A stretch of 62,947 nt of DNA, counting the filler, from Actinomycetota bacterium (GTDB taxonomy: Bacteria > Actinomycetota > Acidimicrobiia > IMCC26256 > VFJJ01), in the NCBI GenBank assembly GCA_009886115.1. It is 5 parts of 5 records of this genome, joined end to end, with 100 filler letters (N's around TTAATTAATTAA, not from the genome) between each part and the next. Parts side by side here need not be neighbours in the genome. Positions count along the whole stretch, not along the records: positions 1 to 15,277 come from VFJJ01000095.1; 4 more parts are not named here. The stretch is one strand, 5' to 3'. The position numbers and the translations under genes were made by a program. How positions within the stretch are numbered: position 1 is the first letter of the stretch; each line of letters opens with the position of its first letter. Shown one piece after another: positions 1 to 8,516 of this stretch. The notes below the pieces were generated by a model. It saw only the letters and a list, made by a program, of their open reading frames with translations, had not been told where the DNA came from and ran no database searches.

Positions 1-1
1 C

Positions 2-190
2 CACGGCTGGGCCAGCCTCACCCCCACCGAACACGACGTCGCCCGACTCGTCGCCGAAGGAGCCACCAACCCCGCCATCGCCCAGAAGCTCATCATGAGC
101 GTCAACACCGTCAAGACCCACATGGCCCACATCTACACCAAGCTCGACATCGACTCCCGCGCCCAACTCGCGATCCTCGTCACCGGCTGA
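2..190 (+). CDS. LuxR-type HTH transcriptional regulator, C-terminal fragment (5' end outside window)
   Basis: Frame 2 reads GWASLTPTEHDVARLVAEGATNPAIAQKLIMSVNTVKTHMAHIYTKLDIDSRAQL, a LuxR/GerE HTH pattern; stop TGA at 188-190. Confidence 0.9.
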   Translation, partial: HGWASLTPTEHDVARLVAEGATNPAIAQKLIMSVNTVKTHMAHIYTKLDIDSRAQLAILVTG

Positions 191-317
191 CCCGTCACCT
201 TCCAACTCATCCCGACACCCTCCCGACCCGGACCAGACCACACCCGGCGGACCCCGACGACACTCGCCGGTGCTCCCCGGACCGATACATTCCCGATACA
301 TCGCTCCGGAGACGCTC

Positions 318-344
318 GAAGCCCCGGCTCACGGCCGGGGCTTC
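318..344. terminator. Probable bidirectional terminator hairpin between the convergent LuxR gene and tRNA
   Basis: Perfect 11-bp inverted repeat GAAGCCCCGGC-tcacg-GCCGGGGCTTC. Confidence 0.6.
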
Positions 345-381
345 ACACTACATCGATGCAGGTCAGGGGCACAAATTTCGG

Positions 382-454
382 TGGAGACGAAGGGACTCGA
401 ACCCTCGACCCCCTGCTTGCAAAGCAGGTGCTCTTCCGGCTGAGCTACGTCCCC
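382..454 (-). tRNA. tRNA-Ala(UGC)
   Basis: Minus strand GGGGACGTAGCTCAGCCGGAAGAGCACCTGCTTTGCAAGCAGGGGGTCGAGGGTTCGAGTCCCTTCGTCTCCA; cloverleaf, anticodon TGC, G3:U70 alanine identity pair, TTCGA T-loop; followed by CCG so CCA is not fully encoded. Confidence 0.97.
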
Positions 455-469
455 GGGTCAGGGCCAAGA

Positions 470-1900
470 CTACTGGGCGGGCGGTGCGGCTCGTGCCGTC
501 GAATCGGTCGGCCCGTCTGATGGGTCGGGGGGTAGGGACAGCGCCGCCTCGAAGATCTCGCCCCGGTGGGCGAGCACGGCGCCCATCACGTCGCGGCGGG
601 CGTGCACGATGGCCCGGGCTTCCACGCGTCCTCCGAATCGTCGCCAACGCTCGAGCCCGCGCACGGCCACGTAGCCGCTGAGGGGTACGAGGACGACGAT
701 CACCACCCCGATCCACCATTCGACGAGCGCCCACGCGAGCCCACCGAGGCCAACCCACCAGACCGGGAACACCACGACGGAGCCGAGAAGCTTGAAGGTC
801 GCTCGCATGCCTTCGGTTCTCGGGATCCGAGCGAGTCGACCGACCGCCCGGTACGGGAGCCAGTTCCCCGCGACACCCACAGTCACCGGGCCCAGCCAGA
901 GCACAAGGCGAGCGACGAGCCCCAGGCCGAACCACGACGACCGCTCCCGGGAGAACCCGGCGACCACATGGGCGTCGTCGACACCGAGCAGGGCCAGGTC
1001 GTGCCGGTACCGAGCGTGCGCGTCTCGAAGCGCCGCGACCGCCGGGCCCTGCCCCGGATCGTCGGCCAACGCCGCGAGACGTCCGGCGAGGCGCTCCCGT
1101 TCGTGCAGAGCCACCGCCGGCCCAGACTCGCCAACAGCCGGTCCCACCAGGATCTCGGCGATGGCCGCCAACTCCGTTGCTTGCTGCCACGACTCGTAGT
1201 CGGGACCCAGGGTGCGAAGCCGGTCCTCGACCTCGGTGGTCAAAGCGACCACGGCGGCCCGCGAATCGGACTGATACAGGCATGCGAAAGGGTCGAGGGT
1301 GATCGGTGCACCAACCCGAACGAGCGCTCGTGAACGGAAGCGGGCCCTGGCGTCGAAGATCATGGCGACGGGAATCACCACGACCCCGGGAACCATGTCG
1401 TCGCAGGCAGCTCCCAGGGCGATGCGCGCCGCCCCCGTCTTCAACGGCTGGAGCGTTGGCTCGTCGTGGCTGATCCCTTCAGGGAACAGCGCCACGGCGC
1501 CACCCGAGGCGAGGACGGCCCGGCACACGCGAAGGCTCTCGTCGTTGCCGGTCGTCGAAGGGCCGTCCTGCTGGCGATGGATCGGGACGACCGCGGCCAG
1601 CCGGAGGAACGGTCGCAGCAGCACGCTCTTCCACAGGGTGCTCTTCCCCAGGAAGCGCGGTGTTCGCGGAGCGACGGCCAGGAGCAGCAGCGGATCGACG
1701 AGGCCATTGGTGTGGTTGGCGACCAAGACCACAGGCCCCGCGGACGGGATCCGCTCGCGGCCCACCACCTCGACCGAGCGGAAGAACAGGTGACTCAGGA
1801 GTCGAGCGAGGCCGACGATCGCCCGGCTGGGTTGGCGGGCCCCATCGGCAGCACGGGCAGCATCGGCCGAGGCCGAGGCCGGGCGGGGTGGACGACTCAA
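470..1900 (-). CDS. PlsC-like glycerol-phosphate/lysophospholipid acyltransferase with C-terminal TM region
   Basis: NHTNGLVD (HxxxxD) and FPEG motifs; hydrophobic C-terminal helices. Confidence 0.88.
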   Translation of the reverse strand: MSRPPRPASASADAARAADGARQPSRAIVGLARLLSHLFFRSVEVVGRERIPSAGPVVLVANHTNGLVDPLLLLAVAPRTPRFLGKSTLWKSVLLRPFLRLAAVVPIHRQQDGPSTTGNDESLRVCRAVLASGGAVALFPEGISHDEPTLQPLKTGAARIALGAACDDMVPGVVVIPVAMIFDARARFRSRALVRVGAPITLDPFACLYQSDSRAAVVALTTEVEDRLRTLGPDYESWQQATELAAIAEILVGPAVGESGPAVALHERERLAGRLAALADDPGQGPAVAALRDAHARYRHDLALLGVDDAHVVAGFSRERSSWFGLGLVARLVLWLGPVTVGVAGNWLPYRAVGRLARIPRTEGMRATFKLLGSVVVFPVWWVGLGGLAWALVEWWIGVVIVVLVPLSGYVAVRGLERWRRFGGRVEARAIVHARRDVMGAVLAHRGEIFEAALSLPPDPSDGPTDSTARAAPPAQ

Positions 1901-3669
1901 CCAAGCCCGATCGGATCGAGCGCCCGGGCCCCGGCGGTGACCGCGGGCAGGAGTCCCATGGCCGTCGGCAGGATCTGGCCCAGGTAGAAGTCGGCGGCCG
2001 CGATACGGGCCTCGAGGAAGGCACCGTCGTAGCCCCCGCGGTCATCGACCCGGAGCAGCTCACGGGCAGCGGCTGCGGCCCGGGCCAGCAGCCAGCCCCC
2101 CGCGACGGTCCCCATCAGGCGCAGGTAGGGCGTGGCCCCGGCGAGAACGTCGTCGGGACGGTCGTCGTGCTCGATGAGCCAGGCAGTGGCCTCCCGGGCG
2201 GCGTGGAGCGGCCCCGCCATCTGGGCCACGCCCGAGCACTCGTGGCCGATCTGGTCGAGAAGGTCGCGAACGACCTCCCCGCCGCGCATGGAGAGCTTGC
2301 GCGTCACGAGGTCGATCGCCTGGATCCCGTTGGTGCCTTCGTAGATCGCAGCGATCCGGATGTCGCGATAGTGCTGCGCGGCGCCCGTCTCCTCGATGAA
2401 CCCCATTCCCCCGTGGATCTGCACTCCCAGCGATGCGACCTCGGTACCCATGTCGGTACCCCACGCCTTGGCGATGGGCGTCAGCAGGTCGGCCAGCTCC
2501 TGGCCAACCTGGCGAGCGGCAGCGTCGGGGGCATGGTTGGCGGTGTCGGTCGCGGCTGCGGTCAGGTAGCAGACGCCGCGCATGGCGTCGATCAACGACC
2601 GCATGGTCAGCAGCATCCGTCGAACGTCGAGATGCTCGACGATCGGCGCCGACTGGCCCTTGGGCGTGTTCGCACCCCGACCCTGAAGACGCTCGGAGGC
2701 GAACGCCAGCGCCTGCTGGTACGAGCGCTCCGCGATCGCCAAGCCCTGCAGCCCCACCGAGAGCCTGGCGTTGTTCATCATCGTGAACATGGCCCGCATG
2801 CCCGACTGCTCTTCACCGATCAGGTACCCGATGGCCCCGCCCTGCTCGCCGAACTGGAGCACGCACGTGGGGCTGGCGTGGATCCCGAGCTTGTGCTCGA
2901 TCGACACGCACGTGATGTCGTTGCGCTGGCTCGGCGCACCGTCGGCGTCACCGGGACCCCCGAGGAGCTTGGGCACGATGAAGCACGAGATACCCCGTGT
3001 CCCCGGGGGAGCGTCGGGCGTTCGGGCCAGCACCAGATGGATGATGTTGGCCGCCAGATCGTGCTCGCCGTACGTGATGAAGATCTTCTGGCCCGTGATC
3101 CGGTACGTACCGTCAGGCTGACGGAGCGCCTTGGCGGTGAGCGCGCCCACATCGGAACCGGCGTGCGGCTCGGTGAGGTTCATGGTGCCGGTCCACTCGC
3201 CCGTGATCATCTTGGGCAGGTAACTCTGGCGCTGATCCTCGGACGCGTGCGCGGCCAGGAGGTGGATGGCGCCCTGGGTGAGCAAGGGGCACAACGAGAA
3301 GCCCATGTTCGCCGCGGTGATCATCTCCTGCACGGCCAGGTTCACCGACCACGGCAGCCCGCCGCCTCCGTACTCCGGCTCGAACGGAGCCGCCGACCAT
3401 CCGCTCTCGACGAAGCGTCGGTAGGCCTCGACGAACCCCGGGGGCATCGACACCGAGCCATCGGCGTTGCGAACGGCTCCGACGGTGTCGCCGATCCGGT
3501 TCAAGGGGGCGAGGACCTCGGCGACGAAACGACCGGCTTCTCCGAGCAGATCATCGAGCCCGGACGGGTCGAAGTCGGCGAAGTCGGGGAACCGGGCCAG
3601 CGACGCGATGTCGGCGACGTGCTCGAGCGCGAAGCGCTGGGCGGTGACAGGGGCGAGGAAGTCGGTCAC
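1897..3669 (-). CDS. Acyl-CoA dehydrogenase (long, ~590 aa family)
   Basis: MNLTEPHAGSD, GQKIFIT, QIHGGMGF, IYEGTNGIQ; GTG start at 3669 chosen inside the longer listed ORF. Confidence 0.93.
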   Translation of the reverse strand: MTDFLAPVTAQRFALEHVADIASLARFPDFADFDPSGLDDLLGEAGRFVAEVLAPLNRIGDTVGAVRNADGSVSMPPGFVEAYRRFVESGWSAAPFEPEYGGGGLPWSVNLAVQEMITAANMGFSLCPLLTQGAIHLLAAHASEDQRQSYLPKMITGEWTGTMNLTEPHAGSDVGALTAKALRQPDGTYRITGQKIFITYGEHDLAANIIHLVLARTPDAPPGTRGISCFIVPKLLGGPGDADGAPSQRNDITCVSIEHKLGIHASPTCVLQFGEQGGAIGYLIGEEQSGMRAMFTMMNNARLSVGLQGLAIAERSYQQALAFASERLQGRGANTPKGQSAPIVEHLDVRRMLLTMRSLIDAMRGVCYLTAAATDTANHAPDAAARQVGQELADLLTPIAKAWGTDMGTEVASLGVQIHGGMGFIEETGAAQHYRDIRIAAIYEGTNGIQAIDLVTRKLSMRGGEVVRDLLDQIGHECSGVAQMAGPLHAAREATAWLIEHDDRPDDVLAGATPYLRLMGTVAGGWLLARAAAAARELLRVDDRGGYDGAFLEARIAAADFYLGQILPTAMGLLPAVTAGARALDPIGLG

Positions 3670-3756
3670 GTGCCCTTTGTAGCCGCCGTTACCGGGCCGC
3701 GTAGCGTTCGGGAGCGCGAGCGGCGTGAAGATCAGGTACCTGGACAGGAGCAGACG

Positions 3757-4659
3757 ATGGCGAAGATGGTCGAAGGACGGGTGTGCATCGTGACCGGCGC
3801 CGGGCGCGGGATCGGCCGTGAACACGCGCTGATGCTCGCTGAGCACGGCGCCAAGGTCGTGGTCAACGATCTCGGTGGATCGCCCGAAGGCACCGGGAGC
3901 GACGTCGGTCCGGCGCAACAGGTGGTCGACGAGATCACGGGCTTCGGCGGGCAGGCCGTCGCCAACACCGACGACGTCTCCGACTTCGAAGGCGCCAAGC
4001 GGATGGTGCATCAGGCCATCGAGACCTTCGGCCGGCTCGACGTCCTCGTCAACAACGCGGGGATCCTCCGCGACCGCATGCTCGTGAACATGACCGAAGG
4101 CGAGTGGGACGCGGTCGTCAAGGTCCATCTCAAGGGCACGTTCAGCCCGACCCGGCACGCTGCCGAGTACTGGCGCGAGCAGGTGAAGGCCGGCAACACC
4201 GTCGACGCCCGGGTCATCAACACCACGTCGGTGTCGGGGATCTACGGCAACCCGGGCCAGACCAACTATGGGGCAGCCAAGATGGGCATCGGCGCCTTCA
4301 CGATCATCTCGTCGATGGAGCTCGCTCGCTACGGCATCACCGTCAACGCCATCGCACCGGGGGCGCTGACCCGCTTGACCGAGCCGCTCATGGGCGGTGC
4401 GATCACCGAGGAGATCCGCGAGGCCCAGTCGCCCCGATGGATCGCTCCGATCTGCGTGTGGTTGGCCTCGGTCGAGTCGGCGGGCGTCACGGGACGGGTG
4501 TTCGAGGCCTCGGGCCAGTTCCTCGCCATCGCCGAGAGCTGGCACCGCGGCCCCTCGGTCACGCCCGTCGACGACCCCACCCAGCTCGGGCCGATCGTCG
4601 CCGACCTCGTCGCCCGGGCCCGGCCCAACGCTGACATGGGCGGCCAGGACCGGGTCTGA
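3757..4659 (+). CDS. SDR family oxidoreductase
   Basis: TGAGRGIG, NNAG, YGAAK motifs; AGGAG RBS before ATG 3757. Confidence 0.93.
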   Translation: MAKMVEGRVCIVTGAGRGIGREHALMLAEHGAKVVVNDLGGSPEGTGSDVGPAQQVVDEITGFGGQAVANTDDVSDFEGAKRMVHQAIETFGRLDVLVNNAGILRDRMLVNMTEGEWDAVVKVHLKGTFSPTRHAAEYWREQVKAGNTVDARVINTTSVSGIYGNPGQTNYGAAKMGIGAFTIISSMELARYGITVNAIAPGALTRLTEPLMGGAITEEIREAQSPRWIAPICVWLASVESAGVTGRVFEASGQFLAIAESWHRGPSVTPVDDPTQLGPIVADLVARARPNADMGGQDRV

Positions 4660-4660
4660 G

Positions 4661-4717
4661 CCCCGAGAGGCCCCGAGAGGCCCCGAGAGGCCCCGTGAGG
4701 CCCCGTGAGGCCCCGAG
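4661..4717. repeat. 10-bp tandem repeat (CCCCG[A/T]GAGG) x5.7
   Basis: Read directly, immediately after the SDR stop codon. Confidence 0.9.
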
Positions 4718-4759
4718 CACCGCGTCCGCACCACCCCCCGACCGAGGGACACTGGCTCC

Positions 4760-6112
4760 ATGGCCAAGCACGACCACCACGACCACGACGGCGCCTGCGA
4801 CCACGACCACGCGGCCGACGACGGCCACGACCACGACCACGGGGAGTCGGTCCGGCTCCCGACGGTGTTCCTCGCTCCCGACGACGAGCTCACCCAGATC
4901 GTCGCGTCGAACACCGAGTTCGCCAAGGTGCAGCAGACGATCGACTTCGTGGGTGATGGCCGATCGGTCGACGACGAGGGTTCGCTGAACAGTGACGACC
5001 TCGACGCGCTCGGGACGCTGCTCGCCGTCGAGGATCCCGACGACACCGGCGAGACCATCGTCCTGCTCGCAGCGGCCGGTCTGCTCGAGATCGCCGACGG
5101 GATGCTCGTGGTCACCGAGGCGGGCCGCGCCGCCCCCGGGGCCCCGCTCGAGACGTGGTACGAGGTGTTCGGCGCCTATCTGGGCCGAGTCGCCGACTCG
5201 GTCGGTGAGGGCGCGGTGGCCGAGCTCATCGAGCTCACCGTGACCCAGGCGCTGCTGTTGCTGTACTGCGAGCCCGAGCCCGTGGCCCGCAAGGATCTCC
5301 TCAGCGCCACATGGCAGACCGTCCGCTCGGCGATCGACGGGTCGTTCGACCTCAAGCAGGACCAGGTCCGCAAGGCGATGAAAGAGGTCGTCGAGGAGAC
5401 CATCACGCAGGTCATGGACGGGATCGAGGCCACGGGTGCGGTCCGGTACGTCGGCGACGATCGCGGCCACCTCACCCTCAGCCCCCTCGGTGTGTGGGGT
5501 GCGCGACAGCTCTTCCTCGACGGCCCGTTCGAGGCCCCAGTCGTCGGCGATCTGCAGGTCGAGGATGCCGACGTGCTCATCGACGGGCTCATCGAGATGC
5601 GTCCCGAGGTCGCCGACGCCGAGCTCAAGCTCTGGTGCTCGGCTCGGGGCGAGGCCGAGGCGGCCAAGGAGCTCGTGGCCGCAGCTCATGGGGCCGTCCG
5701 GGCCGATCAGGCGATGATGGCGATCCACGCCCTCGGATCCATTGATTCTGTCGCCGAATCGGCGGTTCGGGAGCTGCTCGAGGTTCCCCAGCTCAAGCCG
5801 CTGGCCTACGCCTGGCTCGTCGACCAGGGCCACGAGCACCTGCCCGCGCTCGACGTCACCCAGGCGTTGCCCGAGCTGGTCGACGCCATGTCGTTGTGGC
5901 TGGCCGTTGGCGGACCGCCCCGTCTCGCTGACGGCCTCGCCGCAACCGGTTCCACAGCTCAGCAGGCCACGCTGGTCGACAGCCTGTGGCGCGTCGAGGG
6001 GTCCTACACCACCGCGGTGCTCGACGCCGTCGCAGAGGGCCATCCCGACAAGGCCGTGGCCAAGGCGGCCCGCAAGGCCCTGTTCAAGCGGAAGTCGGCC
6101 GGCCAAGCCTGA
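4760..6112 (+). CDS. Hypothetical protein with His/Asp-rich N-terminus
   Basis: 450-aa acidic ORF with genome-typical codon usage; begins MAKHDHHDHDGACDHDHAADDGHDHDH; ends HPDKAVAKAARKALFK. Confidence 0.8.
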   Translation: MAKHDHHDHDGACDHDHAADDGHDHDHGESVRLPTVFLAPDDELTQIVASNTEFAKVQQTIDFVGDGRSVDDEGSLNSDDLDALGTLLAVEDPDDTGETIVLLAAAGLLEIADGMLVVTEAGRAAPGAPLETWYEVFGAYLGRVADSVGEGAVAELIELTVTQALLLLYCEPEPVARKDLLSATWQTVRSAIDGSFDLKQDQVRKAMKEVVEETITQVMDGIEATGAVRYVGDDRGHLTLSPLGVWGARQLFLDGPFEAPVVGDLQVEDADVLIDGLIEMRPEVADAELKLWCSARGEAEAAKELVAAAHGAVRADQAMMAIHALGSIDSVAESAVRELLEVPQLKPLAYAWLVDQGHEHLPALDVTQALPELVDAMSLWLAVGGPPRLADGLAATGSTAQQATLVDSLWRVEGSYTTAVLDAVAEGHPDKAVAKAARKALFKRKSAGQA

Positions 6113-6121
6113 TCGCTGCGC

Positions 6122-6664
6122 TCACCACGGGCGGGCGTACACGACATCGTCACGGTCGCGCCGGCCCGTGAGCATCTCGGGCTTGAGCGGCCACTGGCTC
6201 TCGGGGGGATCGATCCGCGACCATTCCGTGACCGAGGTCCGGCCGGCGATGCGCCACTCCGCGCTCCGCCGCTCGAAACGGTCGACGAACCGGAAGCCCG
6301 TCACCAGGTTGAGGCGGGGTTCACCGTTGGAATGGCGGTGAAACGACACGCCATACGTCTCGACGTGCGCCAGGTCGGGGGGATCGCTCGCATCGGCGAG
6401 CGCGGAAGGTGCGAACTCGACGGCCGTGGCGCCGAGGAAGTGGAACGTCGATTCATAGCGACCGAGGACCCGCAGGACCCACACGATGTACTCCTCGACC
6501 GACCCCGAGAACGTCCCGTGCGAGTCGACGGCGTCGGGGTGATAACACGACCTGATCAACTCGATGTCCATCCGGTCGACGCCGCGGCAGTATCGCTGCA
6601 GCACCCGCCGGATCGCCGCCTCGTCGACCAGCACCCTGACCTCGGGGGGAAGCTCTCGGTCCAT
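6122..6664 (-). CDS. SnoaL/NTF2-like family protein
   Basis: AIRRVLQRYCRGVDRMD...YHPDA...RFVDRFERRSAEWRIAGR pattern. Confidence 0.85.
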   Translation of the reverse strand: MDRELPPEVRVLVDEAAIRRVLQRYCRGVDRMDIELIRSCYHPDAVDSHGTFSGSVEEYIVWVLRVLGRYESTFHFLGATAVEFAPSALADASDPPDLAHVETYGVSFHRHSNGEPRLNLVTGFRFVDRFERRSAEWRIAGRTSVTEWSRIDPPESQWPLKPEMLTGRRDRDDVVYARPW

Positions 6665-6704
6665 CGGAAGATTCTGGCTCGTGTCGGGCTTCTAAGCTCG
6701 CTGG

Positions 6705-8516
6705 ATGAGCCTCACCGATCCGACGCTCCGGTCCCCGCTGGCCGACGACCCGACCCAGGCCTGGGACCTCGAACCGCTCGTCGACGGCCTCGGGCCTGAC
6801 GGGGTCGATGCGTACCTCGAACGAGCCGATGCCATCGCCAGCGAGCTGACCGGCTCCCGCGGGCGCATCGCCGACCTCGACGCCGACGGTCTGCTGGCGT
6901 TCATGTCGCGCATGGCCGAGCTGACCGACCTGGTCGGACGAGCCGAGAGCTACGCATCGTTGTGGTTCTGCGTCGATATGAACACGCCCTCTCGGGGCGC
7001 GTTGATGCAGCGGGTCGAGGAACGATCGACGGCGATGGCTGCCACCTTGGTGTTCTTCGAGCTCGAATGGGCCGTGCTGGCCGAGGAGCAGGTCGATCGG
7101 CTCCTCTCCGACGAGCGGTTGGCGTTCTGCGCCCATCACCTCCGCTCGGTCCGTCGCTATCGCCGGCACCTGCTGAGCGAGGCCGAGGAGACGATCCTCA
7201 CCGAGAAGAGCCCGAGCGGCCGCTCGGCCTGGGTTCGCCTGTTCGACGAGCTCGAGACCGAGATCACCGTCGACGTCGACGGCTCCGCGATGGCGCTGGA
7301 AGAGGCCCTGAGTCGCCTCCACGATCCCGACCGTGGTGTTCGTCAGGGCGTCGCCGAGGGCGTCACGCAGGGCCTCGCCCGCGGGATCAAGACGCGGGCC
7401 TTCGTCTTCAACACCCTCCTGCTCGACAAGTCCATCGACGATCGGCTCCGCCGCTACGACAACTGGTTGGCGGAGCGCAATCTCGGCAACGAGGCCAGCG
7501 ACGAGTCGGTGGAGGCGCTGTGCACCGCCGTTCGCGCCCGCTACGACCTGGCGCAGCGCTGGTACCGCATCAAGGCCCAGCTTCTCGGCCTCGACCGTCT
7601 CGCCGACTACGACCGGGTGGCCTCGGTGGCCGAGTCCGAGGCGCAGGTGAGCTACGAAGAGGGACAGGCCATCGTGCTCGACGCCTACGCCTCGTTCTCG
7701 CCCGAGATGGCGTCACTCGCCCGGCGCTTCTTCGACGAGCGTTGGATCGACGTACCCGTCCGTCCCGGCAAGCGTCCCGGGGCGTTCTCGGCCTCGACCG
7801 TCCCGTCACAACATCCCTACCTGCTCCTCAACTGGACCTCGACGCGCTACGACGTGCTCGTGCTCGCCCACGAGCTGGGACACGGGCTGCATCAGCACCT
7901 CGCTCGGGACCGGGGCGTCTTCCATCAGAACACCCCGCTGACCGTGGCCGAGACGGCGTCGGTGTTCGGTGAGACCGTCACCTTCGGTCGTCTGCTCGCC
8001 ACCACGACCGATCCTGCCGATCGCTTGGCCTTGCTGGCCGAGAGCGTGGAAGGGACCATCGCGACGGTGTTCCGTCAGACCGCCATGAACCAGTTCGAGG
8101 CGCTGGTGCACACCGAGCGTCGTGATGTGGGCGAGCTCAGCGTCGAGCGATTCAACCAGCTCTGGACCGAGAGCCAGACCGAGATGTTCGGCGACACAGT
8201 CGAGATCACCGACGGCTACCGGTCGTGGTGGTCGTACATCCCGCATTTCATCGGATCGCCCGGCTACGTGTACGCGTACGCCTACGGTCAGCTCCTCGCC
8301 ATGTCGGTGTACGCCCGCTACGAGGATGAGGGGTCCTCGTTCGTCCCGCGGTATCTCGAGATGCTGTCCGCCGGCGGCTCGATGTCGCCAGAGGCGCTGG
8401 GTCGCCTCGTCGGGTGCGATCTCACCGATCCCCATTTCTGGGATGGGGGTCTGGCCATCATCGAGCGGCGGATCGACGATGCCGAAGCAGCAGCGCGTGC
8501 GGCTGGGCGGTTGTGA
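6705..8516 (+). CDS. pepF: M3B oligoendopeptidase F family
   Basis: WDL N-terminus, GKRPGAF, zinc motif HELGH, AETAS, IPHF...YVYAY. Confidence 0.9.
   Translation: MSLTDPTLRSPLADDPTQAWDLEPLVDGLGPDGVDAYLERADAIASELTGSRGRIADLDADGLLAFMSRMAELTDLVGRAESYASLWFCVDMNTPSRGALMQRVEERSTAMAATLVFFELEWAVLAEEQVDRLLSDERLAFCAHHLRSVRRYRRHLLSEAEETILTEKSPSGRSAWVRLFDELETEITVDVDGSAMALEEALSRLHDPDRGVRQGVAEGVTQGLARGIKTRAFVFNTLLLDKSIDDRLRRYDNWLAERNLGNEASDESVEALCTAVRARYDLAQRWYRIKAQLLGLDRLADYDRVASVAESEAQVSYEEGQAIVLDAYASFSPEMASLARRFFDERWIDVPVRPGKRPGAFSASTVPSQHPYLLLNWTSTRYDVLVLAHELGHGLHQHLARDRGVFHQNTPLTVAETASVFGETVTFGRLLATTTDPADRLALLAESVEGTIATVFRQTAMNQFEALVHTERRDVGELSVERFNQLWTESQTEMFGDTVEITDGYRSWWSYIPHFIGSPGYVYAYAYGQLLAMSVYARYEDEGSSFVPRYLEMLSAGGSMSPEALGRLVGCDLTDPHFWDGGLAIIERRIDDAEAAARAAGRL

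Noticed and set aside
4661..4717. Short repeat arrays as possible CRISPR
   Set aside because: Head-to-tail 8-10 bp units with no spacers and no cas genes
1660..5115. Very long overlapping ORFs (999 aa plus strand, 1072 aa minus strand) suggesting giant fusions
   Set aside because: Stop-poor antisense frames of high-GC genes extend the real SDR (3757) and ACAD (3669) starts; the same applies to most shadow ORFs in the track
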